From contig CM102290.1 of the NCBI GenBank assembly GCA_046563655.1, positions 10,168,001 through 10,232,000 of the forward strand: a stretch of DNA of 64,000 nucleotides. Reading direction: 5' to 3'. This DNA is from Yuukianura sp. NJ FZ-2021 (taxonomy: Eukaryota). Below are positions 1 to 13,150 of the stretch, one piece after another. The stretch's first letter is position 1; each line of letters opens with the position of its first letter. The notes beneath the pieces are model-generated. The model worked only from the letters and a program-made list of their open reading frames with translations, searched no databases and had not been told where the DNA came from. Made by a program: the position numbers and the translations under genes.

Positions 1-1571
1 AAATGACACAAAATGCCGCAACCGTGTTTGATGGTCACATCGTTCTAAATCAATTGGGTAAATCATGGCATAAATTGATGGGAAATACCGTAAAACTTCT
101 GGAAAAGATTGTGACTGAGGAGCTGGTGCAAGAAAGTAGTTTGTTGATTGTTTGGATTAGTTGGTTGCAACAACTGTGACGCGGAAGACGATGGGTGAGG
201 GAGCAAAGGAAGTCGTGTGGTTTGAGATGCTAAGTGATCCCAAAATAGAATCATCTTCAGCCACACGAAATGTGCTTCTCGTGGATTTCTGGAAGGGAGC
301 CTATATGTGGGTATCTCACATAAGTAGTGATTGAAGCCACTCAAAATCACGATCTTTTTCATGTCTTTTGTCAAACTTTTTTTCGAATCGTTCTGCCTCC
401 AAAGGTCATTGCCCCAACTATTCCCAAAAGTCCAGAAGTCATGCGAAGGTCAACTCCAATGAACAACTTTAAGTTGCCATCCACAGAAGAACACAATTTC
501 CAGCTATTCGTTTCAAAAGAAGTTAAAAAAAACAGCCTATTTGTAGCTCACCACTCTGCAACTTCTACTTTCTACATGTTTAATTTCAAATTTAAAAGAC
601 TGTATTCAAAACAGTTTTTATAAAAGTCAAAAAGTATAGCCAAAGCCTCATATAAAGCCTCTGAACTTTGCCTTTTCATGCGTATAAAAGTCGAAACTTT
701 TCAGCTTTCAAATTCTTGAAAACATTTGAAATTTAAACATAAGGTGCCAGAGACATCCCTCGGGGAAAGCAGGAAATTCAAATTCAAAGCAAAACAACAA
801 AAAACTTTCACTATTCCTTTCGCCCTCATCCACTCCATCTACCTGCTAGTGAGTAGCGACCGGTCCAATTTACCAACGTATTCCACATTTTTTTTTCCAA
901 TTTGTTCAAGCTAAAAAAACACAACAAATGTCTGTTTTGCGAATTCAATTTATGAGCGTCAATTTACAACTTTATTTTTGAAGCTTGTAGTAAGTAATAT
1001 AGTGTAGTACATAATACTTTATTTAAAAAAAAACTTGTATGAGTATGCTTCTGAAGCATGCTTCCGCCTAACCATTTCAGAATAAGAAAAATGCAAAGCA
1101 AAAAGGAATATCAGAGAGAAAATTTGATTTCTTGACGATGCAAGATTTTGTTTTATTCGTTTGAAACTTTTATTTCCATTTCATATTCTAAATCTACTTT
1201 TTTTAAGTGCTAACTTCTAAAATATTTAAACACGACTTTTTAAAAGTAAGAGCCACCGCTACCACTACAAGTAGTGTACCTACACTATCTACTGCTACCA
1301 CCACCGCTGCTAGTATCCACTTTAGCTCATGTTTTGATTCAAGTTGCTATAAATTCTAATTTGTAAGCAAATAGTATCTTCGCCATGCTAACGCTACAAG
1401 CTCCATTTATGAAGGAAATCCAGCTCAAATCCAAGTCGAATTTGCGTGAATTCCACACCTACATGCGTCGCTCCATGAAATTGAAATTGTTGGCGTCATG
1501 TGAAACTGGGGAACGCCAAAAGTTTGGAGGGAAAGGTCACACGCATACGCAGAAATATCGGTGGGTGGGGC

Positions 1572-1977
1572 CTATTCTTCCGTTACTATTTGTCGTACGT
1601 CGTACACGTCGTGTGGACTTGTCGCGGCAGACTCAAATACCTCACCATCTAAAGGTGGCACCCTCTTCCCAAACCTAAAAAAATGTGACACTTAAAATTT
1701 ATTTTAAAAACTTTTTTTGTTGTAAATTTTTGAATTTTGAAAAATTGTTGAACCTATTCCTCGATACTGTCGCGTAGTAGCGTGCTAAAGCTCCTAGGTA
1801 GGTTTTGAGTTCTTCTGGCGACGTGAAGACCCGCGGTCTTTGCGGCTTCTCCAGGTTTTCAATCTCCATGCTGGACAGCATCTCTGCGTGCGCTCCGTTT
1901 GAATTTTTTAAATATACCAGGAGACTGAACACAAGCACCACCCCAACACCGACATGCAGTCCAGAACCCATTTTCAT
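1572..1977 (-). CDS. NPF: Neuropeptide F (NPF/NPY family, NPF2-like) precursor, 108 aa; exons 1977-1754 and 1674-1572
   Basis: Signal peptide MKMGSGLHVGVGVVLVFSLLVYL...AHA, then EMLSSMEIENLEKPQRPRVFTSPEELKTYLGALARYYATVSRNR|F-GKR and a C-terminal spacer ending IVTEE*. A 79-nt GT-AG phase-2 intron (1753-1675) splits the last Arg codon, the intron position conserved in NPY/NPF genes. GKR is the amidation/cleavage site. Confidence 0.93.
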
Positions 1978-2367
1978 CCCGCGATGCTTCTCCGTTCCAC
2001 CTTTGGCTCGGCGGAAACACAGAGTACAGCTACATATCCAAATAACACACGTTTGAGCAAATTTTGAAAAAAAAGAGAGTTTCTGAACAGATTTTTTTTT
2101 AAACAAAAGTTGAACAGGGTTTTGAGTTAGTAATTAGGACGTAGCGTTTGAATGAACTTGAAGACTATGAAGAGGGCAGTAGAACTTCAGAAAAGGCAAA
2201 TACTTTTTGGCTTTTTAGAATGTGTTAGTGTCCTGAGCCTTTTCTGTTTTTGAAAAAAATGTTTTTCCCGGATGGTTCTAATCATAGATTATATTTAATT
2301 AAAATCTACAATCTACAATCTCAGAAGGTAACGCTTTCCCTGGAATTTGATTCTGAAATTTGGTTTG

Positions 2368-2521
2368 GAAGCACGCCGTTGGTTCTAAAATGAATTGCTT
2401 CTAAAAGAGAATTGCTTCTAAAACTTTGTTTTTAATAATCTTAAAGGATAGGCTTTTCAAAAGTAATGTTTTAGAAACTTTTCCGTTAGAAGCAATTCAT
2501 TTGAAACAATGGCATGGAATC
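2368..2521. mobile_element. ~154-bp MITE, Mutator-like; copy 1 of the family also at 21868-22020
   Basis: Closely similar reverse-complement copy at 21868-22020. Termini GAAGCACGCC... and ...AATGGCATGGAATC; internal inverted GAATTGCTTCTAA repeats. TSD is degenerate. Confidence 0.8.
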
Positions 2522-5500
2522 ATCGGTTTGCTATGCATCGTACCGTTCAAATTTAGATGTATCAGTATAGCCAAACCTGGTTAACAGCTGTCGATATTGG
2601 CTACGAATTTGGTTCCTGAATTTTGATTAATACTTGCGAATTAAAGTAATTTACAAAATCACCTCCAGATTACACTAAATCAAAGCGTTACCTTCATTTT
2701 CTGGCACCCTACTGCATTAGCTATTGCCACGTTATTAAAATCCAATATAATTTGTAGTCAATTCCAACGATACGTAAACTCAATATAATTTTTCTTTTTA
2801 AATTTATAGCGTAATGCATAAGTTATTAAATATATTCTGCTGGGGATTCTGTTTTCCATTTTCTTTTTTTTTCCTCAGAATTTTTTTTTATCTTCTAGTA
2901 AGTTTGTGAGTTTTGGATTTTGTAGGGGAGAATACAGCCCTTCCGTTTAAATTGAGTTTATTTTTGGGTAAACAAGGAAGAGATTTGAATTTGGAAGTCC
3001 ACTTCTACTTGTGAGTAATTAATGTGCAAAGGGATCGTTTGATATGAATAAGTATAAACTAGTTTCAGTTAAATCAGATCTGAGAGCCCTTCACCGTACT
3101 CTTGACTTGAGACAATGGCCCTTTCACTTTCTACTTTCTCCTTCAAAGAAGGCAGTGGAAGTTAAACCCTCTCACAACAAAGAAACAACTTTCGATTGTT
3201 TCCAAAGTCAATAAAACCCTGTCGTCACGTTTAGTCAATGATAAGAAGTCACTCCATACAGACTCACGTTGCTCAAAACGAACGGCAACTTACTCGTTCT
3301 TATTTTCGAAATATTAAAATAAATGTTATACAACGTTATACATTGTTACAATACAACCTAATAGTAGAAATAAAAAAAATATAAATTAACTGTTTCAACA
3401 AAACAAGAATTCAAATAACAACATATTATTTTAGAACATAGCGGAATGGTGAATGCGGGTTTACTAAAGTAGGATGTCGTTCGAATCCAGGCACCCTCTT
3501 GCAGCATATATTCTTTTTTTAAGTAAATGTAATTGCAATTTGTTTAAAAATCTTTGTTTTTTTTACAAGTATTTGTTCCTTCTGTCGTTATGTTATTTTG
3601 AATTTAGAAAAGTAGTGTCACCTATGAGTAAATGAGTTTTGACCGTTGCGTTCACACTTTGGCCTCACCTAGCGTTGACAAGAATGGTGGGAAGAGCGTC
3701 TCCGACCAGCCCTGGTTCCAATCCAGCTTCAAAAGAGAAAGTGGGGAAAGTAAGACTTTTCTCCCCGTCTAACGCCGCTTTTATTCAAGTTTCACCAAAC
3801 ACCCACCACTTCAACCCCTTCCCACCCCCACTCTCTCCAGGTCAAACACACACTCTGCCTAACCCCACCTCCGCCCACCCCACCACCCAAATGTACCCCA
3901 CTGTGCATTATCCACACTCACTTGTTTTGCAAAAACCTTTTCTTATCTTTTTACTTTCCCCCGTGACGTGTTTCAAAAATATCAAAATCTCTTGTTTTTC
4001 AAAAATTCTTAATAACCTTTGTCACAAATTTGAACGCTTTTTTGGACTTCATGTTTCAAAGGATGCGTCAAACAGAATTTTTGTATCAACTTCATAGTTG
4101 ATTAACCCGGATTATTACTGTATATTTAGAAGAAGCATTAAATTTTTTTTTAATACAAAATAATTTTTTTCGTGTGCGAAAAGAAAAGAGTAAATTTGAT
4201 TAATTTGTCACAGTTTGCGTCAATTCACTTGATTCGTCGTACGGAGTGGAGATGGGGATGGGGTGGGTTTTGTTAAACAAACCGAAATTTTGGTTTCACT
4301 AAGTCTCAAATACGGATAAGACAACATGTTGGATAAATCCGGGATTTATGTGTAGATATCCTTGTTAACGTTGAATTAACATGTTTCAGTGTTTCCGCAA
4401 AAGTGTAATTGTTTTATTTTCTGTGATGTCAATCACACATCCTGGAGTGACTAAATTTTTGTTTTGTTTGTGTGTGTTTTTTTTTTTGCAATTTACGGCA
4501 AAGAACGAAAAAAATAAATAAGAATTTTTGCCTTTTGCAATTTTTAAAATCTATTTTTGGAATAAAATAGCAAGTAATACATATTGCTTTTTTGGACGTA
4601 CATAATAAACTAGAGTACATGTTGTTTGTTGAAGTGAGGCAATTGAAGTGTGACCTTTGCAACAAATTGGTTTCGTAAATCCCTGACAAATTTCGTTTTT
4701 TTTTGTTCAAATGAAAACTTTTGCTCAAATAAAATGTTCAAATAGAAGTACGGAATTAGTGTCCAGCAGTATCCGTTCGAGTGAAGCTGGAAAAACGAGT
4801 TTATGACATGAACGACCATGTTGAATTGAGTTCAAAAGACTTGTAGGGTTGGACAACATGTCAGACGCCATTTTACTTTTTCCAAGAATAAGTACAGGTG
4901 AATCCAGCGGAAAAATTTTGTTCCATAAAATTTTGAACTTGAGTTTTAAACATTTACATGATCCGTATGAGCACTTCAAGAATTGGATTTTCGTTTTCCG
5001 AGATTTTCAAATCCGTGCTTTCCGTCTGAAAGCCTCCTATCCAGTTTGGAAGCCGGATTTGTAAAATTGTGCGCAGAGAATTTGAAATGAGACGGACAAT
5101 AATGCTGGGAAGGAGGAATGGGGCTCGGGCGGGTGTGGGAGATTTTGAAATCTAATTAATATGGGATAATGGGATCTCTTGTTTTCGGAAAGTTTTTAAA
5201 TGGAAACATATGTCTTAAACCGTACAAGTCGCTCCTAATAAGGTTATTTTTAGCCTCCCCACTCTGACAAACTTTGGGCTTCCTCCTCCAATTTTGTAAA
5301 TTGTGAAAACCAAATTCTTGTCTGAAATTCGTTTGAAACATTTTCGAAAAAGAAAAGAGGTTTGTTGTTAAGCCTGTTTTGAGATGTAAAAACTTCTGTC
5401 TCCAAATCTGGTTTGAAATTTCAAATCTTGTTTTTTAACACATACAGGGAGCCATAAAAAACTGCGAAGTTGATTTTGAATCGTGCTTTCACAGGTACTG

Positions 5501-5835
5501 GACTACCAAAATTTCAGAACTATTGCAGCAGCCAAAGCGATGGGTATGTATACACATATGCATTCACTTAAAATTGTTAGCTAACTTGTTTAAAAATCAC
5601 GTGTTAAAAAACATCTCTTTTGTTTAAATCATCTAAATTTGTTTGCAATACAAAAATTTTGCTCAAAAATTATTCACAAATGCGATGACTTGTTTGAGAA
5701 TGTTTACATTAAACACTAATTAAAAAGCGTTGACATTATAAACCAGTACCAGGAAAATATCAGATATTAATCCGTATTATACGTATTACACAGTGCATTT
5801 AATTTTAGGTTGTCACTAAAAACACGACATTATAC

Positions 5836-5865
5836 CACGTATTATACGTCGATGTATAATACGTG
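5836..5865. repeat. 30-bp near-perfect palindrome
   Basis: CACGTATTATACGTC|GATGTATAATACGTG, 14 of 15 positions pair. Confidence 0.7.
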
Positions 5866-6459
5866 ACCGGCTTCATGCCCTGCCATAAACTGGTCTAAAT
5901 AATTTGAAGCAAAAACAAACCCCAATTGAAAAGCATTTTCAAAAGAAGAAAACTTGGTTTAGAAATGGTTTGCATCAAGTACTTTTTGTTAAAAATCAAC
6001 ACTTCCTCAAAAATCGTTTTTGAAACAAGAAATACTGGCTTGCAATGTGTGCTCCCTAGTGGAGAAAAGTGAAAGTTAGGTTTCTCTTTTCCTTGGGATG
6101 ATGGAGAAAGGTGCTCCTTTTTGACGCGCCGTTGCGGTAGGTTTTGAAATGTAAAGGAATTGTGCTCTTTTGCGGTTGGCGCATGCTTTTCACACTCTTC
6201 TGGTTTTCTGTGTCATTCGAGGTCACTTCAATAGAACACCAGAATCGATAGGTTCAGCATGCCGTGAACGAGTGCTTTCTCCTCTCCCTTCTAACGAAAG
6301 CAGAAGGCAGTTCAGGTTGATACGGAGAACCAACTCATACAGGAAACAGCAACCCCAATCCACATACAGCCAGTCATCAAACAAGTGCTTTTAGAAGAAG
6401 TCATGACAACCCCGAGTCATACGTCGCGCGTCTAGTAGTTTGACCTGTCACGTGACCCC

Positions 6460-6493
6460 TTGTCGCACTCAAGAAATTGTCGCACTCAAGAAA
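6460..6493 (+). repeat. 17-bp tandem duplication just upstream of the ADH-like start codon
   Basis: TTGTCGCACTCAAGAAA x2. Confidence 0.8.
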
Positions 6494-6520
6494 ATTGTCA
6501 GCGTCGATCAAAAACTAAAT

Positions 6521-8772
6521 ATGCCAGAAAAAGTTGACCAGGACGAGGATCCTGGTGCCAGGTAATGTAAATTTTTGAAACTCTAAAACTTTTTGAAACG
6601 GGAATTTTCAACATTTGACCTTTGACCTGGTAGGGAGCGACAGCGGGTGAACAGCATGCCGTGTCAGTCGAGCAGTGTAGGGAGTAAGCTGTGTCGTCAA
6701 GTGAGCATCGAGAGTCCTGGGCCACTTCTGAAGGACTGCGTTTTCAGTTTCGACGTGCCAGTGCCAGAAGTACCCGCCAAAGGAGCCAGGATCCGGGTAA
6801 ATGTTCAAAAATGAAAACAAGTTTTTTTGAGATTCACAAAAATTCTAGGCCTAAACTACAATTTTGATATTTTGCAACTTCTAAGCAAAGTTGTAGTGCT
6901 CAGCTGATGTTGAACCTTGTGTGGTTTGCAGAGTAAACAAAACTAATCAACACCTCAAACCACATTTCCTAACTAATTGCAATTAGCAAAAAATTCGCAG
7001 TGTTTTGACGTCATTTTGTGGGAACGACGAACAGACCACCCGGGAAGCTAGATTTAACAAAAAAAAATTTCTGTCCAAGAGTGTTTGAATCAACAACAAA
7101 AGTTAATTTCTTTTTCAAAGAACATCAAAGAAAACAGACTACTTGGTCGAATATACTTTTTTAAGGAAAAACGAAAATGACTTTCTTCGAGAAATCGCTT
7201 GGTGAAACTTGTGAACCCTCCCCTGAAAGAGATGTGGAGCTGCTCAGCAGTCTGTTTATGGTTACAGGTTGAATGCGCCGGAGCATGCTACAGACTCCGT
7301 CGTACACCGTCACAGACGAGTATTGGCAGTGCGTCGAGTATCACGAGTATGTCAAGCACGACGAGCCTCACCGGGGACGTGTCAACCATTTGTCTGGGGG
7401 CAGGTCAAGGTCAACTCCCACCCATCCCAGCGAACACACCTCCTCATTATGGTGTCAGAGATGCAGCTCTATTTCCCGGATACGAGGTAAAAACTTTTTT
7501 ATGACCAAATTTGAAAGTTTTTATATTTTTTGAATAGGTTTTTGATTCCGATGTTTAAAATTTTAGGTGGCGGGAATTGTAGAAGCCGTAGGAGAAGAAG
7601 TGGATTCAAATCCAGACTCAATTTCTATTGGAGACAAAGTTGTAGTGTATCCCTACGAAGGCGTTCCTCACGGGTACTTACATTTTTAAAGCCTTTTGAA
7701 AAAAACTTTTCAAAATTTTACTTTTTTTCATAAAGTCGATTCCTTTTCCAACCATGTATAGCTACGCAGAGTACATTACAGTACCGGACTTGAAATTTTT
7801 GGTAAAAGTTCCGGATAGAATTCCGCTTGGCGTGGCAGCAATGCTACCCACTGGTGCCCTCTGGGCGATGAACACCATTCAAGTAGCCAAGGAACACATC
7901 ATGGCCATGCTTGAGGAAAAAGGTGACATTTTCAAAATTTCATTTCTTAAAGTCTTTTGAAAAAAATTATGTTCAAAATTTTTCAGACAAAGTGAAAGTT
8001 CTAGTAGTTGGGACTGGAGGGTTGGCTCTGTGGGCTCTGCGATTGGCCCAACATTACTTTAGAGATTTCCACGAAAAAGTGCTTCTGGCCGTAGCCTGTC
8101 TGCGTGACGAAGGAATCCTACTGGCCAAGGAAGCAGCCTCGTGAGAACCTGTTTTAAAAACTGGTTTGTTCAAACATGTTTGAACAGAATTTAAAAAACT
8201 GATTTGAACAGGGTGAATGTCGTCCAGTGGAACGAGGATTGCTATGAGAAGGTTCTCATCGAGCGAACGAAGGACACATGCGAAGGGGAAGTCAACATTG
8301 TCATTGACTTTGGCACGACTTCGCGCAGTCTGCACCGATCTCTCCAGTGTCTCAGCAAGGTAGCATCAGTTGCCCTTTGACCCGTGCTGCTCCTTGACTT
8401 TTAGTTTTGACCTTTGACCTTTTTTATTTCTAGGGCGGAATTGTTCTGATCAGTGCTGAAGTGTCGGACCGTCTTCTTCCAAAATTTAGTCGTCGATCGG
8501 AGGAGATGCAACAGCGAATCAAACCTGTCGAAGTGGGTTCACTAGAACAACTTCGGGAGCTCGTCGACTTAGTATCTTCTGGGCAGGTAGTAGTACTTTT
8601 CAATTTTGAAAAATTAAAGATTGTTTAAAAATATTTTTGAAAATTGAAATTTTAGTTGGAACCACCGCCCTACACTGTGTTTCCCGCTGATCAAGCTAAG
8701 GAAGTCATTCGAAAGCTGTGCAACTCTGAAATCCAAGGAAGAGCCATTCTCCGATTCCACTCTATTGACTAA
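6521..8772 (+). CDS. Medium-chain dehydrogenase/reductase (zinc-ADH-like fold) protein, 9 coding exons; probably related to Drosophila Drat/CG1600
   Basis: Phase-consistent GT-AG splicing gives MPEKVDQDEDPGAR...FSFDVPVPEVPAKGARIR|VECAGACY...FPGYE|VAGIVEAVG...IGDKVVVYP...|YAEYITVP...LVKVPDRIPLGVAAMLPTGALWA...|KVLVVGTGGLALWA (Rossmann GxGxxA)...VIDFG...|GGIVL...|LEPPPYTVFPADQAKEVIRKLCNSEIQGRAILRFHSID*. These are typical ADH_N plus ADH_zinc_N motifs. Drat identity is from memory, not verified. Confidence 0.9.
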
Positions 8773-10665
8773 AACTGAGTTTAAAACTGGCGGGGGCGTT
8801 AAAAAGCGAAAAAGATTCAAAGTTAGTCTTGCTTCAGAAAGAAAGTCTACGTTTAGAAGAAGCCTTTTTGGTTTAAAAATTGTTGTGTTCTAATCGTTTT
8901 CCAAGTGTTTTTCTTTGTGCAATTTTTTATAACAAGCGAGTTTTTAGTAATTTATTGTTGTACTTTTGTTCTAAATTTCAATGTTTAAGTATTGTAACGT
9001 TGAACAATGGAATTCACTTTAGAAAGCTTAGGAATTAGAATTTTAAACCCCTTCAACTTATGTTTCAAAATGGCGGCAAACGATGTGAATTCAAATTTTT
9101 ATAGAATTTAGAACCGAAAAGCGCTGGACACGAGAGTTAGGTAAGATGATGAATAAAATCAAAACGTATTTGCAAAAAATCGTCCAAATTCACATACACT
9201 CATCAAAATTCTCGAATATGACAAAAAACTTACAAATCGTTTAGTCTTGATGATGTTTACAAATCATTACTACTACGTTTTTTTTTTGAAAAAAAAAATA
9301 GTTGCAAATCGTAGACATCCGTCTGCCAATTCTTATTCTTCACAAAGGCTAAAAACGTCTGAAAATCGTGTTTTTTTAATATTTTAGTTGCACATGGACA
9401 AGTTCCCAGCGACATGTGTTTCCTGATTGGTTGTCTGAAACTTCGTTGTGCAAAAAATCTAAAAAGTTGCTAACACGCCGTTTGCCAATTTTTTGCCCCT
9501 TGGAATTTCTCGCTACTGAAAAATTTCTTTTTGAAATTGTGTTCTGTTCTGTACAAAGGTTTTGTATTTGTGATGCGTCATGTGGCTTTCCCTCCCGCAA
9601 AAACTCAAAAACCGCATAGAGGAAACCTAATCGCTCGCATATAACAGCTTCGTCCCAACTTTTAATTAAACCTCGTTGGAAATTCTGTTTAAGCAAAACC
9701 CTTTCAGCACATGGGAAAACTTTGGAAATATATTCACAATTTTTTGCAAGTTGTTTTGCCAATTCGACTCAAACGTATTATTTTGAGGTTTTATTTTGGC
9801 CACTTGGTCATAAACAAACGTTGTGTCATCTGGGAGGAGGGTGGTATTGGATATGACACTGTTGTGTTTCATTTGTTTTATTTGAGGCTTCTGATGTCAT
9901 TTTGTCTCCAACGAAGGAAGCCACTTATCGCTTAGTCTCCCTGCCTTTGTCTTCCGGAACGAAATAAAGTAGTCTTTGGACCAATTTCTTTAAAAAAGAG
10001 TCTAAAGTTTGGACCACTTCGTGTCTGTCTGCGCTTGAATTGGCACTGTTGAAGGATCAATCATTATTATTTTGTGGTCAACATTTTAGCACAAATGGGT
10101 TGTTAGTTTAGTTAGATAATCAATGTCGTTGTGAAACATTTGTGCTGGAATCGACTTATTGTGCACATGTATTGCATGTGCATCAGTCACATCCATGTGA
10201 CTCCACAAACTACAAAATGCCTTTCTTTCGAAGCAAAACTTTCTCCTGGCTTACACTTTGGGTAACTCTGAGAGTCCAGATCTGAAGACGTCAATTCCTT
10301 CAACGGAAATCCGTCAACACAATTCCGTCTACCAAATCAAAACGATCAAGTTTTAACTCCAATTTGGATTTCAGGAATTGTAAACAGAAAGTTGCGCTAC
10401 AAATTTCTCCCATTTAACTTTTTACCTTTCTGTTTCAACGAATTAGCATTGCCATTCAATGTGAAAACTCCGCCGCAATCCCAGGAACGATTACCACATA
10501 AAAGAACTGGATGCAATATTTTATCTTTAGTCAAACTGAAGAACTTATACTAATAATGTGCAACAGGAAATTGTGACGTTTAAAATTTTTAATTGTACAC
10601 ATTACATTAAAATTGTGCTGATCCAGTGCAGTGTCAAATTTTTACACTGTGAAATTGGCTGTGGT

Positions 10666-11903
10666 TCAGTTTGAAAATCGAAGTTGTGCACTTTCACATT
10701 GTGCATTTTGGCAATAGCTGTTGGACGTTTGGATTTTTCACGAGCAGTGAAAGTTCTGAGTGCGTCGAGCGGGAGCGAGTGAAAGTTTCGGAGAAAGCGG
10801 ATTTTGCGCAGTGAGTTCAGGTTAGGTAAAAGTAAGAAAGTGAAGTAGTATAGACAGTGGTAGGAAGAAAGTAGTGTTCTGAGCCTCCGGTGACCCACCG
10901 AGCCCCACCGGTCCCACATCGGGGGAGCAGCTGAAGAACGGAGTGAAGAGGTATAGACTCTCCATTGTTCAGTCTTCATCTGCCCTCCACCGCACCTCCC
11001 ACCACCTCACCTTCCAACGGAACAAGTGAAACACTACGACTCCAACACAAGTCTCAGTTCACTTCCAACTCCAAACCAATCAACTGCCACCCCGAGGAGG
11101 TCAGCTAAGGTCAGTCCAGGTCAGCCATACGCTTCACTGGTCAGCTAAAGGTCAGCAAAACTCCATACAACCCAACCAAAGGTCGGCCCTGGTCACCCAT
11201 ATCACACAACTCTCCGGAAAAGCAACAAACTCCAACAGAAACACTTTCATTTTCACCTGCTCCCGGAAAAGTCGCTGACAACGTCAATTCAGCTACTACT
11301 GAGGAAACTTGTACTTTCACCTGGCACTGGATCTTTAAGACATTTCGAAAAAGGAGATTGAAATTTTCAACATTCGATCCATTTTGAAAAAGTTAACTTT
11401 TTTAAAAACTCGGTGCATTGGAAAAAGAAAGCTGACCTGTCGTGCGTGGCAAGGTCAATGGGCATGGAGTAAGCTTCGGAAATCGACCCAAGAATTCTAC
11501 ATATCAAGACGTGTCGGAGGCCTCGACTGCAAACATATCAATTGAAAACGAAAAGGAGCCTCCGCAAGTTATACTGCAAGGATAGTTCAAAATTACATAG
11601 TTTTTTAAAATTTTAAATTTTACGAACAAAGAGACTTTTTCTAGAAGAGTCAAACCACAATTGCCTTTTAAACTTCAACCGTCGCCGCAAAAGTCCTTTT
11701 ATTTCGGCGGGAGTGCCTAAAAAGAAAATTTTCACTAAAATTTTCAAAAAAAAGTTGCTACAGAGCAAACCCGTAACGTTTGTCATCATCGACCAACTTT
11801 ATCATCGTTTTCAAAATCGACATTTGAATTTCAAAAAATTGAAAAATTCGTCAATCTTCGACTGACTTTTACAAGCTCCATTTGACAAAAAAAAAAGACA
11901 AAG
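10666..11903 (+). other. Probable long non-coding first exon (5'UTR) of couch potato
   Basis: Inr-like TCAGTT near 10666 and a strong donor AAG|GTAACT at 11903/11904, matching the TTTTTAG acceptor near 13102. An in-frame TGA lies just before the donor, so no N-terminal extension. The start position is approximate. Confidence 0.45.
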
Positions 11904-13150
11904 GTAACTTTTGTTTCTAAATCTTGTTATTTGTTTTAGAATCTGATCAAAATTTCTGAGAAACTGGATTGAAAATTTCTTAAAATATTGATTGATGTTT
12001 TTTAAAATCTGGTTTGTGTTTCAAAATTTGTTTTTGGATGAGTTTCAAATCTTTTTATTTTTCCTTAAAGCGTGACCTAACTTTCACCAATTTTTTAGAA
12101 TTGCTTAAAAATTTTAAAAAATCTTGTTGAAAAATTTATTTTGATGTTGAAAAAGGCACTTCCGCTTTTGAAACAGGAAAAGGAAGGGCCAGGTGAGTTT
12201 TTTGAGGCTCATTAATTATTTGGAGGGGGCCACTTTTTGAGGGCATTTGGCAAGCGACAAAACAAGGCTCCTTCCTTTCATGTCTTTGGCTCGAGCCAAA
12301 CAGCCCTTTGTTTTTTATTTTAAAAAAAGAGGAGCCCTTGAGGGCTTCTTTCAAAAAAACGGAAAAAGTTGACTTGACATTGCATTTCCGTCATGACGAG
12401 AGGACTAGGAAGGGGACCCTTGCCTTACCTATTGTAGGTAAAAACGCAAAGGTAGGCTAAGGCCTCATTAATTTTTCAGCAAATGGCTCACGAGAAAACT
12501 GTCTTGTTTTCCTCCACCTTTGAATTTCCCTCTTCTTTTCTTATATTTCCTAGCAAATAAAGGAGAAAGTAAAAAAGTAGCAGAAATTGGAGAGACAAAA
12601 GGAAAAAGCCTCTCGCTCGCTTTTTTCCCAGGGAAATTAAAATGAAAAACGAAACAAAAACTTTCAAAATATTTATTAAACTTTTCCTTCTCAGAAATTA
12701 ACCACTTTCACTTTCGCTCGGATTCTCTAAGAACTTTCAACAAACACACTTTTTTAAAAGTAATTTTTTTTCTCTAAAAAGTTAGAATTTTTAAAACTTT
12801 GAAAACTTTGAGGCTATTTAGATTCAGTTTGTTTTGTCGCCAAACGTATACGCCGCAATTGGGTTGGAGGTCACGACCTAAATAGTTCAAATTTTTTGAA
12901 ATTTTGAGCTGAATAACTTTTTCCTAAATCAAATAGTTTTAGTGCCATTCAAATTATTACAAAAAACTTTCCATTCAACTCCTGAATTTTAATGGTTCAT
13001 TTCCCCTTTTGATCTCATCTGATTGAGTCACATTTCAAACGAGTTTCAAAAAAAGGTTACAAAGTTAGTTTTTCAAATTCTGAACGTTTCTTTCGTTTTT
13101 AGGCAGAAGACTGCTATTTGACACGTCAGTCGTCAAAATCCACGGTCATT

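Noticed and set aside
1..623. ORFs of 64-103 aa on both strands
   Set aside because: No recognisable domain or consistent splice model; truncated by the window edge.
3439..3492. A-box/B-box-like motifs (TAGCGGAATGG...GTTCGAATCC); similar GTTCGAATC motifs at ~22736, ~22861, ~23006 and ~37230
   Set aside because: No cloverleaf or acceptor stem can be formed. At most these are decayed tRNA-derived SINE relics, not tRNA genes.
3639..4097. 152-aa ORF
   Set aside because: Low-complexity C-rich and T-rich sequence with no motif; more likely the NPF upstream regulatory region on the opposite strand.
11883..13150. Non-AUG N-terminal extension of Cpo, as reported for Drosophila
   Set aside because: The frame upstream of the ATG is open only within the exon; across the likely junction a TGA (11883-11885) is in frame. 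Caveat: the adjacent poly-A run could hide an indel.
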